64,000 nucleotides of DNA from an uncultured Bacteriovoracaceae bacterium (GCA_964538275.1 CAZIFW010000002.1:5052-69051), one strand, 5' to 3'; positions 48,683-57,481 are shown, counted from the first letter of the stretch. Notes: generated by a model not told the origin, from the letters alone. Numbers and translations: made by a program.

Positions 48683-48696
48683 TGTTCCGCAATGTT
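48683..48696 (+). promoter_or_regulatory. Upstream motif shared by both Cys-rich paralogs
   Basis: TGTTCCGCAATGTT matches 4882-4895 at 13/14 positions. Confidence 0.5.
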
Positions 48697-48748
48697 AACC
48701 CTTGCGCGCTATTCAGTGTCTACTGAACACAGAGAAGGAGGGGATTCT

Positions 48749-49039
48749 ATGAGTCTCAATAAGTTCATGATCACGTTGGTAGCGCTTGTCGCTTTTGGAG
48801 CAGAAGCTCGGATTGTTCGCATTGTCGGAAATGGATCAGGTGGGACAACCACGGGAGATCGAGATGCTGCATGCGGCAGAGCCTATGAAAGGGCAGAGCG
48901 AGATGCAGAAAGAAGTTGTGATCGCAGAGATGGCGATGTCCTTGATTATCAAGACGGAAACTGTAGTTGCCGCCGCGTGCCAGGATCGCGTGATGATTAC
49001 AATTGTGATGCTACTGTTACAGCTAGCTGCTCGATTTAA
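48749..49039 (+). CDS. Secreted single-domain Cys-rich protein, paralog of 4923-5471
   Basis: Reads on the + strand (the ORF track labels it minus); AAGGAGGGG RBS, signal peptide ending AEA, identical GDRDAACGRAYERAE and PGSRDDYNCDATV segments. Confidence 0.88.
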   Translation: MSLNKFMITLVALVAFGAEARIVRIVGNGSGGTTTGDRDAACGRAYERAERDAERSCDRRDGDVLDYQDGNCSCRRVPGSRDDYNCDATVTASCSI

Positions 49040-49179
49040 TTATTTTATTTGCTTCAATTAACATGAGGACCTAAGCCTGAAGATGATAATAGTTTTCATT
49101 TTTTTGGCCCTCATGCGCAGAAATTCTTTGCATTCCGATCCTTAATACAATATCTCTTCGTCAGGATCTCGGTGCAAAA

Positions 49180-50277
49180 GTGAAGATTTACAAAATTCTT
49201 TTAACTCTATTCGTTTTTTTAATAACTCAAAGCTTAGCTCTCTCGCAGCCATATGAAGATGAGGGGAGTTCTGTGCGAGATCTTCGGCTTTCAATGGCTC
49301 CAGAGGATACCGGAAATGCTGTAGATGCTGTAGCATTAAGGGATCTTTACGAGCGAGCCCACGAGGCTTTTGAAACAGGTGAAAAGCCGTCCGAAATTCC
49401 TGAAGTTCATGCATCTTTGATAAAAGAAATTTTCTCCAAAGATGCATGGTTAGAAAAATTTAATTTCAAACAAGTCCTTTTGAATGCACTTCGCTGGTAT
49501 CAGACTGAAGCTACGAACGCGCAAATTAAAGAGCACGTTACAAATTTAGTTCTTTTGCTTTCGATATCTCATATGTCAGAAGGCGTGATTGGTTATCAGT
49601 TAGGTGCAATGGGCTTAAAGGTGGATAACGTTTTTGTGAATACTCTCGGAGTGGTGATGGGGGTGTCTATTGTTATTCCTGGTTTAGACCCACTTTGTAT
49701 TCTCCTGGGATGGACGTACAAAAAAATTCCTCACCTTATGAGTAAAATCATGTTCGTCCCACGGGTGGCAATCCTAAGCGTTTCACAGTTTTTATATAAA
49801 AATTTAGGCGTCAAAGCGCTGTATGAAACTTTATTCTACAAGCAGTCGGCAATAGATAGGCTTCAAGAACTGATGAGTAACCCAGACACAAATCGCGAAA
49901 TTATTCGTCTGGAAGAAGATGTTGTATTTACGATAAGGCATTCTGAAAAAACGATACTAAGGCTCGAGGGAAGAATCGCGGACAACATGATTCTATGGAG
50001 TAGAGCTGTGTTTTCCGAGTCGCTTAACGAAAAAGAGGAACTGGAACATTTCAAAAAAAAGATTTCTCTTTTCAACTGGGTATTGAGACGAAGTCTTTTG
50101 GATATTGTTTCGCGATTAGAAAGCCCCGAAAAAGTAGCAAGATTAACCTATGTGGATTCAGTCATATCTAAAGGTAATGCGCTTGAAGTTCAGATGCGAC
50201 CCTTAGGAATGGCGTCCCCTGCTAAAAAGCGCTTTGCAGGTTTTAGAAATTGCATTTTATCTTTGCGCAGTTCATGA
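49180..50277 (+). CDS. Secreted hypothetical protein with a central hydrophobic hairpin
   Basis: Signal peptide; hydrophobic stretch LVLLLSISH...GVVMGVSIVIPGLDPLCILLGW; C-terminal NCILSL. Confidence 0.75.
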   Translation: MKIYKILLTLFVFLITQSLALSQPYEDEGSSVRDLRLSMAPEDTGNAVDAVALRDLYERAHEAFETGEKPSEIPEVHASLIKEIFSKDAWLEKFNFKQVLLNALRWYQTEATNAQIKEHVTNLVLLLSISHMSEGVIGYQLGAMGLKVDNVFVNTLGVVMGVSIVIPGLDPLCILLGWTYKKIPHLMSKIMFVPRVAILSVSQFLYKNLGVKALYETLFYKQSAIDRLQELMSNPDTNREIIRLEEDVVFTIRHSEKTILRLEGRIADNMILWSRAVFSESLNEKEELEHFKKKISLFNWVLRRSLLDIVSRLESPEKVARLTYVDSVISKGNALEVQMRPLGMASPAKKRFAGFRNCILSLRSS

Positions 50278-50816
50278 TTTTCTTTGTGGCTAATAATTTA
50301 AATTGTATTCAAGTTATTAAGATATTTCGAGTTATTGTTTGTTCGTTTGTGTTTCTTTCACTTCAGTTAATTTTTGCACAAGAAGCTCCAACTCCTGTAT
50401 CTGTAACAAAAAGTTTAAAACTGCAGGGCGAATTCAGTCCTCCATCGAGTTTCCGACTGACAGCGTGGCAGGATAAAAGCACTAAGGATTCGCCTCACAT
50501 TGAAGATTCACGTGTTTCGCAGCTCAAAGATTTAACGATAAGACTCACTCATAAGCAGAAGATGAGAATTGTAGCTAGGGATAACAAAGAATCTGAAGTT
50601 TATAAATTACCTAGCGGCGAATATAGTTATTGGGTATTCCAGATCCCGGAATTTGAAATTGATTTTGGCCCTAATGGCGAACAAAAGGTTCAAAGGGGAG
50701 TGGTGCTAGAACTTAATTTTCAACACGAAAACAAAGCGCATAAGGTACTTATTAAATCCGAAGATATACCAGTGTTCAAATCGCCTTATGAAGAGGGAGA
50801 AGGTGCGGCTGGGTAA
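50274..50816 (+). CDS. Hypothetical exported protein
   Basis: ATGA overlap with the upstream gene; hydrophobic N-terminus ending IFA; beta-rich body. Confidence 0.65.
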   Translation: MIFFVANNLNCIQVIKIFRVIVCSFVFLSLQLIFAQEAPTPVSVTKSLKLQGEFSPPSSFRLTAWQDKSTKDSPHIEDSRVSQLKDLTIRLTHKQKMRIVARDNKESEVYKLPSGEYSYWVFQIPEFEIDFGPNGEQKVQRGVVLELNFQHENKAHKVLIKSEDIPVFKSPYEEGEGAAG

Positions 50817-50826
50817 AATATTAAAT

Positions 50827-50870
50827 AAAAAAAAGACCCCGTCTCTTTTGCACCAAAGAGACGGGGTCTT
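50827..50870 (-). terminator. Rho-independent terminator
   Basis: Perfect 16-bp stem AAGACCCCGTCTCTTT/AAAGAGACGGGGTCTT (50833-50870) followed by a U-tract on the minus strand. Confidence 0.9.
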
Positions 50871-50908
50871 AACTTGTTGTTGTTAGATCAGCTTAAGCTG
50901 AATTCAAA

Positions 50909-51565
50909 CTATGTAGTTGTACGAGATTCAATCGCGTCGATCAATTTCTCAATGTTTACAAGCTGGCTACCCAAGTTTTGAAGTTGAGCATGAGCTGCAG
51001 ACACAGCATCTTTAGAGATGTTTGGAGAAGTTTGAACGCGATCGTTCAACGCTTTTTTCAAATCATCCGCTGCTCTTTGAGTAAGTTTGAAAGAACCTCT
51101 CAAGTTTTCAGCTGCAGAGAATGCGCGTGTCACTTCTTCTTTAGCTTTCTTCAGTGCAGGAATTCCACCTGCAGCAGCAGTCTTAGCCAAGAAGCCGGAG
51201 AACGTACCCCCACCAATTTGAATAATGTCTCTGAGAGTCTCAACGGGAATGATTGTTTTTGAACGCTTTTGCTTTTCAAAAATAATCTGTGTGAGAGTCA
51301 AAGAGGTAATGTCTTTTTTAGAGCGGTTATCAATAACTGTGACTTCTTCTGAACGCATGATCATCTCGGCAATTTCGTCGAGAGTCACATAACAGCTCTG
51401 GTGAGTGTCATATAGTTTTCTGTTTTGATAACGCTTGATCACTTTAACGTTCTTGTTTTGAACGCTAGGAGTTGATCCGGTATTCGCATATACCCCGGTC
51501 GTTACACCTGCCGCTGCAGTTGCGCCGCTACCACTGTGAGTCATTATAGTTCCTCTGTTTTCCAT
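50909..51565 (-). CDS. PhaR-like PHA-synthesis regulator DNA-binding domain protein
   Basis: IKRYQNRKLYDT..SCYVTLDEI...VIDN..KDIT..TLTQII. GAGGGGG RBS supports a start at 51565. Confidence 0.85.
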   Translation of the reverse strand: MENRGTIMTHSGSGATAAAGVTTGVYANTGSTPSVQNKNVKVIKRYQNRKLYDTHQSCYVTLDEIAEMIMRSEEVTVIDNRSKKDITSLTLTQIIFEKQKRSKTIIPVETLRDIIQIGGGTFSGFLAKTAAAGGIPALKKAKEEVTRAFSAAENLRGSFKLTQRAADDLKKALNDRVQTSPNISKDAVSAAHAQLQNLGSQLVNIEKLIDAIESRTTT

Positions 51566-51687
51566 ACAATTTTTTACCCCCTCATGTATCAATCTGGGCG
51601 CTTCGTGCGGCAATTTTGCTGCAGCTATCTAACGCCTCAAATCGAGCCCAACATAACCTTGGTATTGCATCGCTTCAACTCTACGAT

Positions 51688-51804
51688 TCACTTAATTCTT
51701 CTGTTCCGAAGATAGTTTAATAACTTCGGTCCAGCTTCAAAAAGTACAAGTGCAACTACCATAAGGCCGATGACAATCATTTCATCTGGCTGAGGGAATC
51801 TCAT
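51688..51804 (-). CDS. Unannotated 38-aa single-TM small protein
   Basis: MRFPQPDEMIVIGLMVVALVLFEAGPKLLNYLRNRRIK; below the ORF-track cutoff; TM helix plus basic tail. Confidence 0.45.
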   Translation of the reverse strand: MRFPQPDEMIVIGLMVVALVLFEAGPKLLNYLRNRRIK

Positions 51805-51816
51805 TCAAATACAATT

Positions 51817-51842
51817 ACTTGACGCATTGGATTATGTCAAGT
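51817..51842. promoter_or_regulatory. Inverted repeat containing back-to-back -35 hexamers
   Basis: ACTTGAC-N12-GTCAAGT; TTGACG on + and TTGACA on - between divergent genes. Confidence 0.45.
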
Positions 51843-51988
51843 GCTAGTTATTTCAACTACTTATTGCGCATTGAGCCATTTTGAGGGCATCTCGTGGTTT
51901 ATACGAATTTTCTTTTGTCAGAATCAGGCACTTTTTGGTGAAGAAAGTAGGGTTTGACATCGATAATGCGTCGCATTATAAGCCTCTC

Positions 51989-52567
51989 ATGCTTTCCAAT
52001 TCACTCAAAACTTTGTGTTTTATAAGCGCTCTGCAGCTTTTTGCGTCTGATATTCATTCAGACAGCATTATCAAAGAACGTATAGATTCATTAGTCGGCG
52101 ACTACCAAGTCATTGGTGGCGAAGTATACAAAAACGAAATTAAGCTAAGTGCTTCTGAAGCCATAGAAGACGCGAATGTTGCGCCCAGTCTTGGAGTGAA
52201 GGCGATTAGCCTAAAAGCGCGTGCTGAAGATACTTATTCCATAGAGTTCACTTTGCCGAATGATGCAAAAGCAAAATGGAAAATGACAGTTGGCGAATTT
52301 ACTCAAGGCGATGAAGCTGTGGGGATTGATGGTCATACACTTCGCTTGGGGGCCTTTGAAGGAAGCCAAGTGGGTTGGCGTAAAGTTAATTTCGGAATTA
52401 TTTCTAGTACTCAAGCTCGAGTTGTTGAAACACTTAGCTTTGAAGAAAAAGAAGGGACACTTCTTTTTAGTCAGCACAAAGTTTTTTACGAATATCCCAT
52501 TGGAACTTCTTACAAGGTTCCACGCAAACTTACGTTAGAGTTTGTATATAAACTCAAGAAACTTTAA
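51989..52567 (+). CDS. Secreted hypothetical protein
   Basis: Signal-like MLSNSLKTLCFISALQLFA; stop overlaps the pilQ stop. Start uncertain. Confidence 0.65.
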   Translation: MLSNSLKTLCFISALQLFASDIHSDSIIKERIDSLVGDYQVIGGEVYKNEIKLSASEAIEDANVAPSLGVKAISLKARAEDTYSIEFTLPNDAKAKWKMTVGEFTQGDEAVGIDGHTLRLGAFEGSQVGWRKVNFGIISSTQARVVETLSFEEKEGTLLFSQHKVFYEYPIGTSYKVPRKLTLEFVYKLKKL

Positions 52568-54570
52568 CGAGCATCTTCTAAGCTTTGTTGTAGAACCTGT
52601 GCTCGCTCTCGGTTCAAGATACGAGGTGAGATAAACATCAAGAGCTCGCGCTCGTTTTCAATGGTGCTATCAGATGAAGTAAAGAGACGTCCTAAGATAG
52701 GAATCTTTCTCACGAATGGCCACCCTGCTTCGCCTTTGTTGTCCTCTTTAATGTAAACACCACCTACAACTACGGTTGCTCCAGATTCGATCAAGGTCTG
52801 AGTGCTAATTTCACGTTTGTTAACGTTGATGTTGTCTCCCACAAGTGGAGCTAAGCTGTCGCGGGTAAGAACAAGATCCAAAAGAATGTTCTCATCGTTT
52901 GTTACTTGTGGAGTTACCGTTAAGCTCAGTGCCGCTTTAACTGTTTTAGTAGTTCCAGAGTTTTCTCCTTCGCCGGTGTTAAGTAAAAGCGTGAGTTCTG
53001 TACCGTCTACGATACTCGCTTTTTTGTTGTTGAGTACCGTTAGACTAGGTCTTGAAAGTTCTTTTGCAACACCAAGACTTTCGTTGAATTTAACAACAGT
53101 ATCGATTTGCTGAATGGTTCCGTTCGGGTTGAGATACTGTCCGGCCGCACCACCTGCGCCACCCAGAAGAGAAAGGACTCCCGTTTGAGAAGAGGTTGAA
53201 GATGAGCCACCTGAGCTAGAGGATCCAGAAGATCCAAACACTCCACCACCAATTGAAAGAGTTCCACCACCTAGCTTGATTCCACCAATCGCGCTCCAGT
53301 TGATGCCGATGTCGCGACTGAATTCTTTTTGAGCTTGAATGATTCGAGCTTCGATATGAACCACGGGTGTTTGGCGATCGATGGCTTCAATGTAGCGGCG
53401 AATTCGTTGAATGTTCTTAGGAAGAGCCGTTACAACAATTGAGTTGGTTCGCTCATCAGAAACTACGTTTTCATTAAACTCTGGCTTTAGATATTTTGTG
53501 ATTTGAGGAATAACTTCAGAAGTTTTTGCATAGCTAAGAGGGAAGAGCTGGGTCGCTTTAGGAGCAAGCTTGTCTTCGTCTTCTTGAGCTTTGATGGAAT
53601 CTGCAATCTCTTGGCGAATTTTTGTTACTTGCATCACGCGGTAGGTGTTACCCATTTTTTGATAGCCCAAGTCTGCGTTGAGTAACACAAGCGCTAGGAC
53701 TTGGTCCCAAGGAACGCTTTTAACGTTCATTGAAATCTTTTTATCGGTTTCACCTACGAGTACAAAGTTACGCCCTGATACTTGAGAGATAAATTGAAGT
53801 ACATCGGGAATAGTGGCTTCTTTAGCGCGGAAGTTTACTTTGGTTCCAATGAAGTTTTGTTTGCCGTTTAGAGCAATGAGAGTTTCAAAGTTATCGGGAA
53901 TGTCGCTGTTGGCATTGTTGCGTGAGTTGTCTGCATAACCTTTGTTAAAAAAATCAACAAGGATTCGATTCCCTTCGCGACGTACAGAAGGTTCCGCCAT
54001 GGAACTCATGTTCATAACAACACGTGCGTTAGATCCAGAACCTGATTTGGCTTCATAAGCCTGAACTTGTTTCACTGGGCCGCCATATTCTTTGGCATCA
54101 ATTGCACCTTTAGAAACTAAGGGACCTAAATTTGTGTTGGCGAGATTTAAGGTGAATTGTTTGTTTTTGCTAGAACGCTCAGGACTGTAATCAACAATCT
54201 TAGAGGTTTGAATTTCAAAACGTGTTCTGTCTGAAAGTGAATAAATACGAATAGCAGAAAGTTCAGCATTGCCTGTGTTATTCGTTCCAGTAAGTGCAGT
54301 GTCGGGGCGAACATTGTTACCTGCAACGGGGAGATCTTCTAAAAGATCTGCTGTGTTTTGCGCAGGCAAAGCAGGGGTACTTGTAGCTGCCGCAGAAGAA
54401 GGTGCGGCAGATGTAGATCCTGCGGCTTCATCATCGGGAGCATAGAGATCTTCGTCGGAATCTTCTTTGACTGCGCTAACGTCATCCATGAGTTCTGTTT
54501 GCGCAACGAGAAAACTAGAAGCTGTTAAAAGTAGAAAAATCACCAATGCAAAATGAAATAAATTTCTCAT
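52564..54570 (-). CDS. pilQ: Type IV pilus secretin
   Basis: AMIN-like domain, VPWDQVL, PLSYAK, DERTNSIVV, VHIEARII, KIPILGRLF, ELLMFISPRI. Confidence 0.94.
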   Translation of the reverse strand: MRNLFHFALVIFLLLTASSFLVAQTELMDDVSAVKEDSDEDLYAPDDEAAGSTSAAPSSAAATSTPALPAQNTADLLEDLPVAGNNVRPDTALTGTNNTGNAELSAIRIYSLSDRTRFEIQTSKIVDYSPERSSKNKQFTLNLANTNLGPLVSKGAIDAKEYGGPVKQVQAYEAKSGSGSNARVVMNMSSMAEPSVRREGNRILVDFFNKGYADNSRNNANSDIPDNFETLIALNGKQNFIGTKVNFRAKEATIPDVLQFISQVSGRNFVLVGETDKKISMNVKSVPWDQVLALVLLNADLGYQKMGNTYRVMQVTKIRQEIADSIKAQEDEDKLAPKATQLFPLSYAKTSEVIPQITKYLKPEFNENVVSDERTNSIVVTALPKNIQRIRRYIEAIDRQTPVVHIEARIIQAQKEFSRDIGINWSAIGGIKLGGGTLSIGGGVFGSSGSSSSGGSSSTSSQTGVLSLLGGAGGAAGQYLNPNGTIQQIDTVVKFNESLGVAKELSRPSLTVLNNKKASIVDGTELTLLLNTGEGENSGTTKTVKAALSLTVTPQVTNDENILLDLVLTRDSLAPLVGDNINVNKREISTQTLIESGATVVVGGVYIKEDNKGEAGWPFVRKIPILGRLFTSSDSTIENERELLMFISPRILNRERAQVLQQSLEDAR

Positions 54571-54640
54571 GGATTACCCTTATTTAATTATAGGGGCATA
54601 GTGAGGAATAAAGCATGTACGCTATTTTTTTGGCGCATTG

Positions 54641-55060
54641 TTAGTCTGCAATTACGAGACTTGTGAAGTACGAACGAAGTTTACCTTGGTAATCTTTGTA
54701 TGCTTCTTTGACGACTATTTCGGAGTCATTGATTCGGTGAACTTTGCCATTGTTCTTACCTAGTTTATCGCCAACACGAACAATCTCAGTTTCTTTATTG
54801 GGAAGCATAATCATAGCGCGGGAACTTCCCATACCTGTCAATACAGCGACTAATTGAAAGCGAGTGACATCAAATGCCGTTAAGAGATTTTTGTTATTGC
54901 CGAGATCTGCAATAGGCTGAAACGGATCACGTTTTATTTTAGAAGGTTCAAAGTAGTAACTTTTATCATCTTTGGAACGTGGTTTAGGTTGCGCATCAAG
55001 AGTGTTTAAAGATAACAAGCTCAAGACTATGCAAACACTGAGAACTCGTTGAGTTTTCAT
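54641..55060 (-). CDS. pilP: Type IV pilus assembly protein PilP
   Basis: KRDPFQP, FQLVAVL, VRVGDKLGKNNGKV; position in the operon. Confidence 0.88.
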   Translation of the reverse strand: MKTQRVLSVCIVLSLLSLNTLDAQPKPRSKDDKSYYFEPSKIKRDPFQPIADLGNNKNLLTAFDVTRFQLVAVLTGMGSSRAMIMLPNKETEIVRVGDKLGKNNGKVHRINDSEIVVKEAYKDYQGKLRSYFTSLVIAD

Positions 55061-55725
55061 TGTTCACTGCTCCCTTGTCCAGCAGATGCACTAGAGTTCT
55101 GAGTATCCGTATTCGGTGTTGGATTAGTTGGGGCAGGCGCAGTTACAGGTGCGGGACGTGCATTTTCATCAAAGTAATAAGTAACAAGTACGGCTTCTGC
55201 AGTAACAATAGCGTTAGATCCTCTAAGTATTGGGTCTTTGAAGCTAACACTTTTTCCAGAAACAATGCGCGTAAGGTGAGCCACTTCATCTAGAAAACTC
55301 ATGATTTGTACAAAGCTGCCTTTAAGTTCAATTTTAAAAGGAGTTTCCATCAACACTCCATTTAAGGCAGCAGTGCCGGGTTCAAAGCGCGTAAATTCTA
55401 CCCCTACGCGGTCTGAAATTTCTGCAAGATTGCTTAAGAGTCCAGGGGTGTCACTTGATTTAGGAAGCTTTTCTAAAGCAGAGTTAAAGTTTTCTGCAAG
55501 GCTTTGGAGTTCTTGAAAGCGAGTATCGCGTTCTTTTTCAAATGTTTCAGCTTTGCGGTTTTCCGATTGAACAGCAGCAAGCTGTTCCTTAGTCGTTTCA
55601 AGTTGAGCTTTCATAGGAAGAAAGATGTCTTTCTGCCAAGTATCGTAGGAAACGTAATAATAAATTCCAATCAAAACTACCCAGAGTACAAAGGGAAGGC
55701 GAATGAGCGCGCGTATTAAACCCAT
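55057..55725 (-). CDS. pilO: Type IV pilus assembly protein PilO
   Basis: N-terminal TM, coiled coil, LPKSSD.PGLL, GSFVQIMSFLDEV..L.RIV. Confidence 0.88.
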   Translation of the reverse strand: MGLIRALIRLPFVLWVVLIGIYYYVSYDTWQKDIFLPMKAQLETTKEQLAAVQSENRKAETFEKERDTRFQELQSLAENFNSALEKLPKSSDTPGLLSNLAEISDRVGVEFTRFEPGTAALNGVLMETPFKIELKGSFVQIMSFLDEVAHLTRIVSGKSVSFKDPILRGSNAIVTAEAVLVTYYFDENARPAPVTAPAPTNPTPNTDTQNSSASAGQGSSEQ

Positions 55726-55728
55726 CTT

Positions 55729-56418
55729 TTATTCTCCTAACTTCGCCATAATTTGAAATTTACGAGAATTGGGTGGCACGTTAATCGCTCCAGGACTGGG
55801 CGATGCAAGTTCATTTCCAGGGACAAGCTCTAGGCGATCCAAAGTAGTAGAGGGAAAATAAACAGAAGCTTCTAACTTTTGAATAAAATCACTCACTGCT
55901 TGAGCATTGATAGCGTAACCTTTAAAGGTAGCGCTTGCGGATTGAGATTGGCCTGATGTGTTTGAGCTGGTTGTGGCGCTAATTTCGTTGAACCACATTT
56001 CTTTGGGCATCTCTACAGCGGCATATTCAAGTGCGCGGATGAGATAACTTCGATCAGTTTCTTGTTGAGACACTGCCTTAAGTTTTCCTTGAAGCTCATC
56101 CATACGGGTTTGATAACCACGCATTTCTTCTCCAATATTTCTAAGTTGACCCTTTTTACGATTCTCTTGAGCTAAACCTGTTTCGAGTTCACCGAGCTCA
56201 GCTTGAATGGTATTGAGGTCTTCTGTTTGTAAATGATCTAGAGCCACGTGCACACAGGCTGCAATTAAAACTAAACCGAATACGCGTAAAACGAGATTTA
56301 GGGAATCTCCTGAGCCTGCGGAGAAATTCAATTTAGGAGATGAAGGCGTGGGCGAAGAATTGGAGAGCCCACTGCTTTTCTTTGCTTTTAATTGATCGAG
56401 TAAGTTAATGCCGCCCAT
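55729..56418 (-). CDS. pilN: Type IV pilus assembly protein PilN
   Basis: INLL motif, TM, coiled coil, MPKEMWF, FKGYA, FIQKLEAS.YF. Start placed at ATG 56418. Confidence 0.85.
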   Translation of the reverse strand: MGGINLLDQLKAKKSSGLSNSSPTPSSPKLNFSAGSGDSLNLVLRVFGLVLIAACVHVALDHLQTEDLNTIQAELGELETGLAQENRKKGQLRNIGEEMRGYQTRMDELQGKLKAVSQQETDRSYLIRALEYAAVEMPKEMWFNEISATTSSNTSGQSQSASATFKGYAINAQAVSDFIQKLEASVYFPSTTLDRLELVPGNELASPSPGAINVPPNSRKFQIMAKLGE

Positions 56419-56422
56419 GTGC

Positions 56423-57481
56423 TTAAGCCTTCCTCGTTGTAAGTCCCGCAACTGTGAGCAAGCGAGGTGCCCAGTTGCTTAAAAATACGGGATCGATAGA
56501 TTTATTTTTTGTGTAAAAGAGTGAGTTCCAATCGAGCTTAATAACTTTAGGACCAATGCGATCTTGCATCACACTCTCCATCAATCCCGGAGTTAAAACG
56601 CCACCGCCAAAGAAACACCATTTTTGAATGAGCTCTCTGGAGGATTGGGAAACATATACATCTTCGCTTTGTTGAAGCTCAGCTTTCCAGCGATTCAATG
56701 CACCTTTAAGGGCATCAGCTGCTTCTTGAGGAATGTTTTTTCCATCATTCACTTTTATAGCTTCCGCGTCGCTGTGATTTAAACCCAAAGCGCGCGCAAG
56801 AGAATCTGTAAAAAAGTATCCACCCAAAGTAAATTCACGGAAGAACTCTACTTTGCCATTTTTCCATACGGATACGCGTGTTCCCAAAGCTCCAATATCT
56901 ACAAGTGCGACGCTTTCTCCCGCTGAAAAATGCAAGAGGTTGTTAGCTGCATCTGCAGTTGCAAGACTATCAAGATCAATAACTTTAACGTTTGCAGAAG
57001 CCTCAAGTAAAATTCCTTGTAGGTTTTCAACTTCTTGTCGTTGTGCTCCCACAAGCAAAACATCCCAACCCTTTGTTCCCGGAGGCGCGAGGGGAACGTT
57101 ATCCCCTTCGCCAATGACTTGGTGAGAAATTAAAACGTTTGAAATGTCTGTAGGAAAAACTTGCTCTGCTTCCCAGCGCACTTGTTGCGGAATTTCTTTA
57201 ACAGGAACCTTTGGCATAAGAATGCGCTTGGTAAGAATTCCTGAACCTCTAAATGATGTCGCAATAGAGGGTTTCTTTTTTCGAAGACCTGCAAATCCGC
57301 TGGCTATTTGATTGATTAAAATGTCGCGTTGAGGATAATCGCGCTCAGTAACTGCGCCTGCGGGTAAAGAAAGGCATGCAAGATTACTTACTTCGTAGCC
57401 TTTTTTTGTAAATGAGCCTTCGACAATTTTAATGGCACTCGAGCCGATGTCGACACCCAGAAGACGCGAACTAAATAGCAT
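56423..57481 (-). CDS. pilM: Type IV pilus assembly protein PilM
   Basis: LGVDIGSSAIK, VRWEAEQ, ALVDIGA, actin-like fold; first gene of MNOPQ. Confidence 0.92.
   Translation of the reverse strand: MLFSSRLLGVDIGSSAIKIVEGSFTKKGYEVSNLACLSLPAGAVTERDYPQRDILINQIASGFAGLRKKKPSIATSFRGSGILTKRILMPKVPVKEIPQQVRWEAEQVFPTDISNVLISHQVIGEGDNVPLAPPGTKGWDVLLVGAQRQEVENLQGILLEASANVKVIDLDSLATADAANNLLHFSAGESVALVDIGALGTRVSVWKNGKVEFFREFTLGGYFFTDSLARALGLNHSDAEAIKVNDGKNIPQEAADALKGALNRWKAELQQSEDVYVSQSSRELIQKWCFFGGGVLTPGLMESVMQDRIGPKVIKLDWNSLFYTKNKSIDPVFLSNWAPRLLTVAGLTTRKA

Noticed and set aside
48560-49039. ORF-track entry labelled minus strand, 159 aa
   Set aside because: The listed peptide reads on the + strand (TTG at 48560, TAA at 49037-39). 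The first 63 codons are probably leader; RBS and homology support ATG 48749.
55774-55789. Sigma54-like TGGCACGTTAATCGCT antisense within pilN
   Set aside because: Inside a CDS with no downstream sense gene; probably coincidental, though antisense transcription is not excluded.
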